From an uncultured Spirochaetota bacterium (GTDB taxonomy: Bacteria; Spirochaetota; Spirochaetia; SZUA-6; Fen-1364): 64,000 nt of DNA. The DNA lies in NCBI GenBank assembly GCA_963820525.1, contig CAWGAA010000001.1, positions 1,056,001 through 1,120,000 on the forward strand, read 5' to 3'. Below the pieces are notes generated by a model. It made no database searches. It had not been told where the DNA came from and saw nothing but the letters and a program-made list of their open reading frames with translations. Below are positions 1 through 8,789 of the stretch, in pieces (within the stretch, counting starts at the first letter, position 1; every line of letters begins with the position of its first letter). A program made the translations under genes and the position numbers.

Positions 1-562
1 GGTTGGCCGCCACCTCCTCGCCCTGGGAGACCTCGACCGTGTTGGATCCGCCGTCTCCGAGGTAATCCACGGAGACCACAACGTCCGCGCTCCCGCCGGG
101 AACGCGGCCGGCCGCGGTGCGGAACGGCATCGTGGTGGACTCAAGCCCGGAGAAAAGGAAGTTGCCGCTCTGATCCCGGGCATTGCCGATGGTGAGAAGC
201 TCTCCCAGAAGCTGATCCACCTCCTGACCGATGTAGCGCATCTGGGTGGCGTCGAGGGTCCCATTGGCCCCTTCAACGGCCAGCTCCCGGACCCTCTGCA
301 GCACGTCCATCGCGTTTCGAAGGTGCCCCTCGGCGAAGGCGTAGCCGTCGCGAACGTCCCCGACGTTCACGAGGTACCTTTCGGCCCTCTGGATCTCGGA
401 CTGAAAGCGCACCGAATGGCCGGCGGCCAGGGGATCGTCCCGCAGGTCCTTGATCCGGGTCTGTGCGGCCATCTTGTTCGTCATCTCATTGAGAGACCAC
501 TCGCGAAGCCGCAGCCAGTACTGGCTGTCATTGTTGGGAAGCTGTGTGCTGATCCTCTTCAT
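1..562 (-). CDS. flgL: Flagellar hook-associated protein 3, N-terminal part; runs off the window
   Basis: Manual translation from ATG at 562: MKRISTQLPNNDSQYWLRLREWSLNEMTNKMAAQTRIKDLRDDPLAA...RVRELAVEGANGT; directly downstream of flgK. Confidence 0.92.
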   Translation of the reverse strand, partial: MKRISTQLPNNDSQYWLRLREWSLNEMTNKMAAQTRIKDLRDDPLAAGHSVRFQSEIQRAERYLVNVGDVRDGYAFAEGHLRNAMDVLQRVRELAVEGANGTLDATQMRYIGQEVDQLLGELLTIGNARDQSGNFLFSGLESTTMPFRTAAGRVPGGSADVVVSVDYLGDGGSNTVEVSQGEEVAAN

Positions 563-587
563 ACCTCAATCCTTCGGGCACGGGCCC

Positions 588-2468
588 TTATACCGCCATC
601 CTGTTGATGAGGATGTCGAGCATGTCGTCGAACGTGGTGATGAACCGGGCAACGGCGGCATAGCCGTGCTGATAGGTGATCATCTTGGAGATCTCTTCGT
701 CCATGTTCACACCCGAGATGGACTCCCGGGTGTCGGTGAGGTTCTTCATCACGAGCTTCACCGTGTCCATGGTCTTCTCGGCCTCTTCACCGCGAAGCCC
801 GATGTCGGTGACGCGGTCCGCGAACCAGCCGTCGAAGGTGGAGCTTGCGCCGATGGTTACCGGCTTGGTGCGAAGCTGGGCGATGGCGAGCGCCGTCGAC
901 CCGTCTCCGGGCCCCTGGGTCTTCCCGCCCACTCCCGAGGCCGCGGCGATGAGCCCCGGGTCCTGGGCGAGCCTCCGGTTCACCTCGATCCACCCCGCCG
1001 GGTGCGCGAGAGGCGCCACCGCATACGCGGCGCCCTGTGCGGCGGCCAGAGAGTTCACGGCGTCCGCCTGCGCCCAGGTGTAGGCCCCCGCGGGTCCCGG
1101 CGCCCTGAGGATGCCCGCGTACCCCACCAGGAACTGGCCGGAGTCCTCGAGGCCGCGGATGACAAAGTCGGGGTTCCTCGGATCGGCCGACGGCGCTCCC
1201 TTCAGGGTGAGCTTGCCCTCGAAATTGAGCCTCGCCACCACCTCCGAGCCGGAAAGGTTGATCCGGTTGACGAGGTCCGAAACCGTGTCGGTGGGGAAGT
1301 ATTGTATCGCGACGGATCCCTCCCGCGCGGGAAGGGTGAGCGTGCCGGAAAGGCCTATCTGCGTCTCGGGCTGGAGCGTGTTGGCTCCCGTGACCCGGAA
1401 GACGTAGGTGGTATCGAAGGTGCCGGTGCCTTTGGAATCGTAGTTGCCCTGGGCGTTCAGCACAAAGGGATACTCCGTGAAAAACTCGTTTCCGGTCTCC
1501 CCGTTCAGGGCATAGCCGGAGCGGTGGACCTCGTTCACCAGGTCTATGAAGTTCACCGTCATGAGGTCGAGCTTCTGGATCTCGCCGCGGGCATCGCCGT
1601 CCCTGAGCTGGAGAAGCGAAGCGAGCTTCCCTCCGCGGAAGACGGCGTCTTCCCTGGTGTCGGGCCAGATCACGCGGGAGTACCCCTCGTTGGCCCTGTC
1701 CGGCGTAACGTCGAGCTCCTCGTGGTGCTTTCCCTGCACCAGGTGGACGCCGCCGGAGGAGATGACGTACTCGTCGGGATCGCGGTCGCTCACGGTAATG
1801 TCCACGAGGGAGGAAAGGTTTCCCACCAGGAGGTCCCTCCTGTCCAGGAGGTCGTTGGGGTTGTCACCCATGGCCTGGACCTTGGAGATCTCATTGTCGA
1901 GGTCCGCGATCTGCCGGGCGAGCTCGTTCACCTGTTTCACGGTGCCCTGGACGTCGCCCTCGATCATGTCGCGGACTTCCTTCAGGCGTCTGAAGTTGGC
2001 GTGGATCCCGTCGATGAGCGCCTTGCCGCGCTCCAGCACCGCCCTGCGCGCCCCCGTTTCCGTGGGGTGCACGGAGAGCTCCTGCCACGACTCCCAGAAC
2101 TTGTCCATGAGGGTCCGCACCGACGTGTCGGCGGGCTCATTGTAGATCTGCTCCAGCATGAGGATGTACTTGTCCCGGGTGTCCCAATAGCCCTGGACAT
2201 TGCCCTCGCCCACGATCCTGCCTTCCAGCAGCGTATCGCGAATCCGTTCGATGCGGGCCACCTCCACTCCCTGGCCGATCTGTCCGGGGGTGTTCTCCCT
2301 GTTGAGCTCGGGGGCGTACAGGGGCGGGCTCGCGTTCAGCTCGACGCGCTGCCTGCTGTAGCCCTCAACGGCGGCATTGCTCATGTTGTGGCCCACGGTC
2401 TGGAGGGCCACCGTATGGGCGATGATTCCTCTCTTGCCCAGCTCTATGGGGGCGAAAGTCGACTGCAC
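588..2468 (-). CDS. flgK: Flagellar hook-associated protein 1
   Basis: GHNMSNAAVEGYSRQRV N-terminus, NDLLDRRDLL, C-terminal SGVNMDEE motif. Confidence 0.96.
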   Translation of the reverse strand: MQSTFAPIELGKRGIIAHTVALQTVGHNMSNAAVEGYSRQRVELNASPPLYAPELNRENTPGQIGQGVEVARIERIRDTLLEGRIVGEGNVQGYWDTRDKYILMLEQIYNEPADTSVRTLMDKFWESWQELSVHPTETGARRAVLERGKALIDGIHANFRRLKEVRDMIEGDVQGTVKQVNELARQIADLDNEISKVQAMGDNPNDLLDRRDLLVGNLSSLVDITVSDRDPDEYVISSGGVHLVQGKHHEELDVTPDRANEGYSRVIWPDTREDAVFRGGKLASLLQLRDGDARGEIQKLDLMTVNFIDLVNEVHRSGYALNGETGNEFFTEYPFVLNAQGNYDSKGTGTFDTTYVFRVTGANTLQPETQIGLSGTLTLPAREGSVAIQYFPTDTVSDLVNRINLSGSEVVARLNFEGKLTLKGAPSADPRNPDFVIRGLEDSGQFLVGYAGILRAPGPAGAYTWAQADAVNSLAAAQGAAYAVAPLAHPAGWIEVNRRLAQDPGLIAAASGVGGKTQGPGDGSTALAIAQLRTKPVTIGASSTFDGWFADRVTDIGLRGEEAEKTMDTVKLVMKNLTDTRESISGVNMDEEISKMITYQHGYAAVARFITTFDDMLDILINRMAV

Positions 2469-2480
2469 CGAAAACCTCCT

Positions 2481-3011
2481 TTATAGCTCCCGGTCTATCA
2501 GAAGGGAGCCGACGGCCTGCGTGGGAGTGCCATGGCGGGTATAGATCTTGCCCCGTCGATGGGGGAAGATTCCTTCGAGGACGCGGTTCAAGGTATCGCC
2601 CATAGTCTCCGTAGAATAGCGAAGCCGTCCGGTAGCGCTTCTGAGGCGGAAGATGGAGGACCGAAGCCCGCGCCAGCTCTCGTCCAGGGCGCTCCTCTCC
2701 TCGGCTCCAATGCGGGAAAGCACGGCCGCGAAGGGCTCTTCCGAGGGCGCGCCGACGGCGCTCTTCAGTGAAGCGAAGGCGGCGTCGCGCACATGGTCCG
2801 CGGCCTCGATCTCGCGGGCCGAGCTCTCGAACCCCTGGGCGATTGTGAGGCTTTCGGTCCACTTCTTGGCCTGGAAAGACTCCCCGAGCCTGTCCATCTG
2901 CGTGCACAGGCGGGTAAACAGCTCCGCCTCCCGGTCCATTCCCTTGCGCAGCTCGAGGACGGGAGCGCGGCCGCCATCCGGCGATTCCAGAGCGGTATTC
3001 TGCTCATCCAT
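2481..3011 (-). CDS. FlgN-like flagellar export chaperone (about 176 aa)
   Basis: Helical ORF MDEQNTALES...RGKIYTRHG...SLLIDREL immediately upstream of flgK; the longer track ORF is a shadow of trxB. Confidence 0.65.
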   Translation of the reverse strand: MDEQNTALESPDGGRAPVLELRKGMDREAELFTRLCTQMDRLGESFQAKKWTESLTIAQGFESSAREIEAADHVRDAAFASLKSAVGAPSEEPFAAVLSRIGAEERSALDESWRGLRSSIFRLRSATGRLRYSTETMGDTLNRVLEGIFPHRRGKIYTRHGTPTQAVGSLLIDREL

Positions 3012-3098
3012 TGGTTTTTCCTCTCTCCCTTCAATGTCGGAAGAACTTTCCTTCCCATGAGCGCGGGATTTTGCTATGTTAGCTGACTGGAGGAGAGG

Positions 3099-4034
3099 AT
3101 GAAGACGGATCGCGACCTCATTATCGTGGGCGCGGGTGCCGCGGGCCTGAGCGCCGCGCAGTACGGCGCGCGGGGGAACCTCACAACGCTGCTTTTGGAG
3201 GAGCTCGCCTCGGGCGGCCAGGCCCTCATCATCGACACCCTGGAAAACTACCCCGGCTTCCCGGACCCGGTGAACGGCTTCGACTTCAGCCAGAAGATGG
3301 AGAGCCAGGCCGTCAAGTTCGGCGCCGAGATCATGAACGCCACCGCCTCTTTCGTGCGAAAGGAGGGGGGGATCTTCGTCGTGGAGACCGACCGCGGGCC
3401 GATGACGAGCCTCGCCGTCATCCTTGCCACGGGAGCCAGGCACAGGCACCTCGGCGTGCCCGGAGAGGACGCATTCGCGGGAAAGGGCGTCTCGTACTGC
3501 GCCACCTGCGACGGCCCCTTCTTCCGCGGCAAGAGGATGCTCGTGGTGGGCGGAGGGGATGCGGCCTGCGACGAGTCGATGTACCTGTCCAACCTGGCAA
3601 GCTCCGTCATCATGATCCACAGGCGGGACCGGTTCCGCGCACAGAGGTCCCTTGCCGAGAGGGTGCTCAAGAACCCGAAAATCGAGGTGCGCTTCAACTC
3701 GGAGCTCAAGGAGATAACGGGCGACGGCGCGGTCCGATCCGTCAACATCCTCGACAACAAGGAGGGCAGGCGCTACACGGAGAACGTCTCCGCGGTCTTC
3801 GTCTTCATCGGCTCCATCCCCCAGACTGGGGTGGTGACCGGCGTCGAGTTGGACGAAGGGGGCTACATCCAGACCGACCAGAGGATGCAGACGTCGATCC
3901 CCGGGCTCTTCGCCGTGGGCGACGTCCGATCCACCCCTTTCCGCCAGCTCGTCGTTGCAGCCGGAGAGGGCGCCATCGCGGCCCACTGCGCCGGGCAGTA
4001 CATCGACGAGATCAGGGGAGAGGCGTACACGTGA
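3099..4034 (+). CDS. trxB: Thioredoxin-disulfide reductase
   Basis: GAGAAG FAD motif, ENYPGF, CATCDG active site, GGGD NADPH motif. Confidence 0.96.
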   Translation: MKTDRDLIIVGAGAAGLSAAQYGARGNLTTLLLEELASGGQALIIDTLENYPGFPDPVNGFDFSQKMESQAVKFGAEIMNATASFVRKEGGIFVVETDRGPMTSLAVILATGARHRHLGVPGEDAFAGKGVSYCATCDGPFFRGKRMLVVGGGDAACDESMYLSNLASSVIMIHRRDRFRAQRSLAERVLKNPKIEVRFNSELKEITGDGAVRSVNILDNKEGRRYTENVSAVFVFIGSIPQTGVVTGVELDEGGYIQTDQRMQTSIPGLFAVGDVRSTPFRQLVVAAGEGAIAAHCAGQYIDEIRGEAYT

Positions 4035-4855
4035 GCTTCCGCCTCCTCATCCATCCCAAAATGGAGGGCAGGCTCGCCATGGCGGTCGACGAGGCGCTGA
4101 TCGAAGCCGTGGGAGCCGCCCGGAGCGGCCCCGTGGCCCGCCTCTACGGATTCTCTCCTGCCACCCTCTCGCTCGGGAGGTTCCAGCCGGTTTCAGGGCG
4201 CATCGATCGCGACCTTTTGGAGAGGGAAGGCGTTGTTCTGGTGCGAAGGCCTACGGGGGGCCACGCGGTGCTTCACGACGATGAGCTCACCTACTCCATC
4301 ATCCTTTCCAAGGAAGAGGCGGAGCGCAGGCTGGGCTCCTTCCGCAAACGGGCGGTTTACGAGTTCGTGGCAGGGCTTTTGTTGAAGGGCCTGGAGAACC
4401 TCGGGATCAAGGCGACGATGAATGAAACCAGGAGAGGGGACATCAGAAACCCCGACTGCTTCGCCACCGCCGGAGAGTACGAGATATCCACAATGGAGGG
4501 AAAAAAGCTCATCGGGAGCGCCCAGATGACGACCCGCCATGCGATACTCCAGCAAGGGTCGATCCCAATCGCCAACCCCCTGGGACAGGTGACCCGCTAC
4601 ATCTCAGGCGATGCCCCGGGCAGCGGGCAGAGCTCCGGGCAAGGCTCGGGGCCGAGCGATCCCCGCCCCGCTTCCTCGCTCAGCGAGGAGGCAGGCCGAG
4701 CGGTCGGCTTCGAGGAAGCGCGTGACGCCTTTGCCAAAGCCTTCCGGGAAAGCCTCGGGGCCGTCGACTCGACGCTGGCCCCGGAGGAGAAGGAAGCAGC
4801 CTGGAAAATCCTCGGCGAAAAGTACGCAAACGACTCATGGACACTAAAGCATTGA
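4031..4855 (+). CDS. Lipoate-protein ligase A / octanoyltransferase family
   Basis: MAVDEAL, RRPTGGHAVLHDDELTYS, KLIGSAQ motifs; 4-nt overlap with trxB stop. Confidence 0.88.
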   Translation: MSFRLLIHPKMEGRLAMAVDEALIEAVGAARSGPVARLYGFSPATLSLGRFQPVSGRIDRDLLEREGVVLVRRPTGGHAVLHDDELTYSIILSKEEAERRLGSFRKRAVYEFVAGLLLKGLENLGIKATMNETRRGDIRNPDCFATAGEYEISTMEGKKLIGSAQMTTRHAILQQGSIPIANPLGQVTRYISGDAPGSGQSSGQGSGPSDPRPASSLSEEAGRAVGFEEARDAFAKAFRESLGAVDSTLAPEEKEAAWKILGEKYANDSWTLKH

Positions 4856-6669
4856 GCCTCGTGCTGTGCGTCCTGCTCCTTCTCATGGGAGGGCCTTCGC
4901 TTGGAGCCGAGGGAGGCGGGCCCGAGGACGCTGGGAGAGCCAGGGGAACGGCCCACGGCGCCGGCTTCTGGGACGCCGTAGGTGGAGCTACCGCGGACAA
5001 GGCTGCCGCGAACCAAAGCGGCGCAGCGGCGCAGGCCGACAGGATCGTCTCCTCGATGTCCGATGCCGACCTCCTCGGCCAGACGCTCATGTTCGGCTAC
5101 ATCGGAACCGATCCTTCACCCGCCATCATCGACTGGATCCGCGACCGGCATATCGGAGGGGTGAAGATCTTCACCCGCAACGTGGCGGACCTTCCGGGCC
5201 TGGCGCGGGGGGTGGCCCGAATGCAGAGCTTTTCCCAGGCAGGGGGCGCGCGCATACCGCTCTTCATCGCCACGGACCAGGAAGGCGGGTGGGTCCGCCA
5301 CATAAAGCTCCAGACATCAGTGTCTCCCGGAAACCTCGCCCTGGGCGCTTCGCGGCTTCCCCGCGACGCGTACCTCACCGGCGAATATTTGGGCAAGGAG
5401 CTTTTCGCCCTGGGCATCAACATGGACTTCGCTCCCACGGTGGATGTCTATGCGAATCCCCAGGCGAGCGTGATCGGGCCGCGCTCCTTCGGCTCTGACC
5501 CCGAGGAGACGGCCCTCCTGGCGGCCGCGTACGTGCGCGGGATGCGCAGCGCCGGCGTTCTCTGTACGGCCAAGCACTTCCCCGGCCACGGTTCGGCGGA
5601 CAAGGACTCCCACGGGCACGTTTCAGTTGTGAATGCCGACATGGACACGCTGCGCTCCCGCGACCTGGTGCCCTACCGCATCCTGGCCAAGGAAGAGGTG
5701 CCCGCGATCATGAGCGCCCACATCGCATTCCCCTCGATCCTGGGGGACCTCACGCCATCCTCCCTTTCTCCGTATTTCCTGCGCACCATTCTCAGGGACG
5801 AGATCGGATTCCGCGGAATCGTCATCACGGATGATATGGAAATGGAGGGGGTGCTGAACGGCGGGTTGGATGCCCCCACGGCATGCCGCCTGGCCCTGGA
5901 AGCCGGCAATGACATGGTGCTGATCTCGCATTCCCCGCCCACGCAGACGCGGGCCTGGGATTACCTTTTGTCGGCCATGCGCGCAAGGCCCGGTTTCCGC
6001 TCCACGGTGAAAGCCTCTGCTCGGCGGATAATTGAAACGAAGCTGAGATACTTCAGGCCGGGCGGGGGTGCGTCTGCGCTCATGGGGGCGCCCGCTGCGG
6101 CGGCCCCGGCCCCCGGAAAGGCCGAAGCCCACTCCTCCATGCTTGATGGCCTCGCCGCCGCAATTCCAGCCCCCGGCGCATCCGAGTTCTTCTTCCAGAG
6201 CTCCTGCCGAAGCGTCAGCCTGGTAGCGGGCCGGCTGGTCCCCCTTCGCCCCACTTCCCGCGAGAAGGTCCTCCTCTGCGGACAATTCGAGGAGTTCATC
6301 GCGGAAGGAAAGGCGCGCTATCCGAAAGCGGATACTCTGCTCTACCCATTCAATCCATTCTACGCTCCCCGAGCCGATGACCTGACGCGGATACCGGGCC
6401 GCTGCGGCGAATACGACACCGTGATATTCTGCCTGGCGAACTTCAACAGCCTCGAGATATTGAAAAAGATGAGGGGCATGGCAAGGAAGCTCGTCGTGAT
6501 CTCGGCGCTCACTCCGGTCTATCTCTCCGAGGTCCCGTGGGTGCAGACGGCGGTCGCGGTGTACGGAAGCGGCAGGGACTCCTTCCGGGCCGGGTTCGCG
6601 GTGCTGGCCGGGGACTACGCTCCCACCACGGCGGTGCCCGTGAAGTTCGAGGCAGCCGCAAAGAAATGA
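4837..6669 (+). CDS. GH3 beta-N-acetylhexosaminidase family, exported
   Basis: Signal-like N-terminus, DQEGG, KHFPGHGSADKDSH (NagZ-type), ITDDMEM. Confidence 0.88.
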   Translation: MDTKALSLVLCVLLLLMGGPSLGAEGGGPEDAGRARGTAHGAGFWDAVGGATADKAAANQSGAAAQADRIVSSMSDADLLGQTLMFGYIGTDPSPAIIDWIRDRHIGGVKIFTRNVADLPGLARGVARMQSFSQAGGARIPLFIATDQEGGWVRHIKLQTSVSPGNLALGASRLPRDAYLTGEYLGKELFALGINMDFAPTVDVYANPQASVIGPRSFGSDPEETALLAAAYVRGMRSAGVLCTAKHFPGHGSADKDSHGHVSVVNADMDTLRSRDLVPYRILAKEEVPAIMSAHIAFPSILGDLTPSSLSPYFLRTILRDEIGFRGIVITDDMEMEGVLNGGLDAPTACRLALEAGNDMVLISHSPPTQTRAWDYLLSAMRARPGFRSTVKASARRIIETKLRYFRPGGGASALMGAPAAAAPAPGKAEAHSSMLDGLAAAIPAPGASEFFFQSSCRSVSLVAGRLVPLRPTSREKVLLCGQFEEFIAEGKARYPKADTLLYPFNPFYAPRADDLTRIPGRCGEYDTVIFCLANFNSLEILKKMRGMARKLVVISALTPVYLSEVPWVQTAVAVYGSGRDSFRAGFAVLAGDYAPTTAVPVKFEAAAKK

Positions 6670-7493
6670 GCTGGAGGCCCGCGCTTCGAAGGGACATCAC
6701 CGGCGTGCTCGCGCTGGTGCTCCACGAGGAGCCGCTGTGCGTCTCCTTCACGGCGCGCCTCAAGGAACAGGCCAAGGGGTGCACGCTCTTCGTGAACGCC
6801 GAAGAAGATGGAGAGGTTCGCGAATGCGTTCTGTTCTCCTCCTATGGCCTTCTCCTTCCCGTTCTTCCCGGCTCCCATGAGGGGGAAGGCCTTGCAAAGA
6901 TACTTCGCGGGCTTCGGCCCGCGGTCCACTCGATCATGGGAATCGGCTCATGGGTGCAGAAGGCCGAGGCGCTCATCCCCGTGGATCCGACGACAAAGGT
7001 CGATTACCATCTCATGACGCTCTCCCGGAGGGATTACACCCCCCGCCGCTTCCCGATGCAGGGTTTGCGGGCCGTCAAGGCAACCGTTACCGACGCCGAA
7101 GCCCTCTTCCCGCTGCAGCGAAGCTACGAGCAGGAGGAGGTCGTTATAAACCCCTTCCTCTTCAACGATGCGCAGTGCATGCGTCTTTTAAAAAAGAGCC
7201 TGCGCGAAGAGCTCATCTACTTTGTCGAAAAGGGGGGCAAGCCCGTGGCAAAAGCGGGCACAAATGCCCGCGGCTTCGCCGTGGATCAGATCGGCGGTGT
7301 CTTCACCGTTGTCGAGGAGAGGGGAAAGGGATACGCCACGACCGTCATGGAGACGCTCCTGGACGCGATCTTCATGGAGAAGGAGGGCGCCTGCCTGTTC
7401 GTGAAGAAGCACAACAATACAGCCATATCCCTCTATGAGCGCCTCGGCTTCCAGACCGTCAGCGACTACGTGATAAGTTACTACGGGTTGTAG
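6666..7493 (+). CDS. GNAT family N-acetyltransferase
   Basis: ATG at 6666 overlaps the GH3 stop; IGGVFT..ERGKGYA and AISLYERLGF motifs. Confidence 0.85.
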   Translation: MSWRPALRRDITGVLALVLHEEPLCVSFTARLKEQAKGCTLFVNAEEDGEVRECVLFSSYGLLLPVLPGSHEGEGLAKILRGLRPAVHSIMGIGSWVQKAEALIPVDPTTKVDYHLMTLSRRDYTPRRFPMQGLRAVKATVTDAEALFPLQRSYEQEEVVINPFLFNDAQCMRLLKKSLREELIYFVEKGGKPVAKAGTNARGFAVDQIGGVFTVVEERGKGYATTVMETLLDAIFMEKEGACLFVKKHNNTAISLYERLGFQTVSDYVISYYGL

Positions 7494-7627
7494 CGCCGCC
7501 AGGCGTCCTGACCCGTAGCACCGGAGGCGAAGCCGGAGGTTCGCAGGGTTGTAGCGCCGCCAGGCGTCCTGACCCGTAGCACCGGAGGCGAAGCCGGAGG
7601 TTCGCAGGGCTCCAGCGCCGCCAGGCG
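7485..7627. repeat. 61-bp tandem repeat, two full copies plus a partial third, REP-like
   Basis: gggttgtagcgccgccaggcgtcctgacccgtagcaccggaggcgaagccggaggttcgca at 7485 and 7546, degenerate third at 7607; between convergent genes. Confidence 0.9.
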
Positions 7628-7676
7628 CGCCGACCTATAGCGCTGGAGGTATTATGGGTTGTACAGCGGCCTCGGC

Positions 7677-8789
7677 TCATCGGGGCCGCATCATCTTCTT
7701 CTCGAGCCGCTCTCTGCGCCTGCGGATCTCGCTCCTGGCGCGCCCGTCCAGCGGCAGCCCCCAGGACAGAAGCACCTCGACAACCTCGAGAGCCCGACCC
7801 GGATCCCGCGCCCTGTGCTCGTGGTACTTGGCCAGCTCCAGCGCGGCGAAGAGGCTGCGTCCCGAATCCACCATGGCAGCCCACACTTCGACGGCCTTCT
7901 CCCACTGGCCGCGGCGCTTGTACGCAAGGCTCAGGGGAACGCCCGTGTCGAGCTTTCCCTGGAGGAAGGCTTCAGCGAGTATGGTCAGCCCTGTCTCGCT
8001 CTCCCTGTCTATGAGGAGGGTGCCCAGGGCGCGCTCGTCCACGGGCGAGCTTTCCAGGTCTCCGGCAAGCAGACCGCCGAAGGAATCCCAGATGCGGGCG
8101 AGTGAGGTCACGTCGGTGAGATTATGCTCGAAGACCAGGGGGAGGAGGCCGGGAGCGCCCGAGCGGAGGAACTCGATGTAGGTCATGGGGATCTCTTCGC
8201 TTGCGATATCCACCTCGCGCGTGATCCCCAGGATGCGGCTCTCCACCGTTCGCAGGGTGCAGTCCCCCGTCAGGGGCCTCCACAGCCTGCGGGCGAGGTG
8301 CAGGAGATCGATCTGGTGGCCGAGAGCAAACTCCATCCTGTTCATGATGAATCGGCTGGCGAGCATCCGGCTGTCGAATGCCTTGCCGTTGTACGAGACG
8401 AACGCGCTGTATCGCGAGAACCTCTCCCGCACCGCCTCGAGGAACTCGGGCTCCCCGGGGAAATCGCTCAAGAAGAGCTGCTCGACGACGAGGTCGCCGC
8501 CCTCGCACCAGGCCGAGCCCATCAGGAATATCACGCTTCCCGCACCGCCTGAAAGGCCCGTTGTCTCGGTGTCGAAGAAGAGAAGCTCCTCGGGATCGCG
8601 GGCTTCAGGCGCGACCTGGCGCGGCCAGGGATGGACGGCGGCGCCGCGGAAACGGATCCGCCGGGAAAGCAGGAAGTCGCCCACCCTCTCCCATCCGGGA
8701 AAGGGATGATCCTGCCGCTCTATCTCCTGCTTCGGCCCCCGGGACTTCAGGTAGGAGATCCGCTTGGAGATGCGGGAATCTTCAGGCAT
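7677..8789 (-). CDS. RNase H-like DEDD exonuclease with TPR-like C-terminus (YprB/MrfB-like)
   Basis: FFDTETTGL, YNGKAFD, HNLTDV, LELAKYHEH; ATG at 8789 overlaps the helicase stop. Confidence 0.85.
   Translation of the reverse strand: MPEDSRISKRISYLKSRGPKQEIERQDHPFPGWERVGDFLLSRRIRFRGAAVHPWPRQVAPEARDPEELLFFDTETTGLSGGAGSVIFLMGSAWCEGGDLVVEQLFLSDFPGEPEFLEAVRERFSRYSAFVSYNGKAFDSRMLASRFIMNRMEFALGHQIDLLHLARRLWRPLTGDCTLRTVESRILGITREVDIASEEIPMTYIEFLRSGAPGLLPLVFEHNLTDVTSLARIWDSFGGLLAGDLESSPVDERALGTLLIDRESETGLTILAEAFLQGKLDTGVPLSLAYKRRGQWEKAVEVWAAMVDSGRSLFAALELAKYHEHRARDPGRALEVVEVLLSWGLPLDGRARSEIRRRRERLEKKMMRPR

Noticed and set aside
450..2486. 678-aa plus-strand ORF, and similar long ORFs such as 13759-16890 and 19496-20833
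   Set aside because: Antisense shadows of flgK, mfd and ftsH caused by high-GC codon bias; no motifs.
7485..7627. CRISPR array
   Set aside because: Units are contiguous and identical with no unique spacers, and there are no cas genes.
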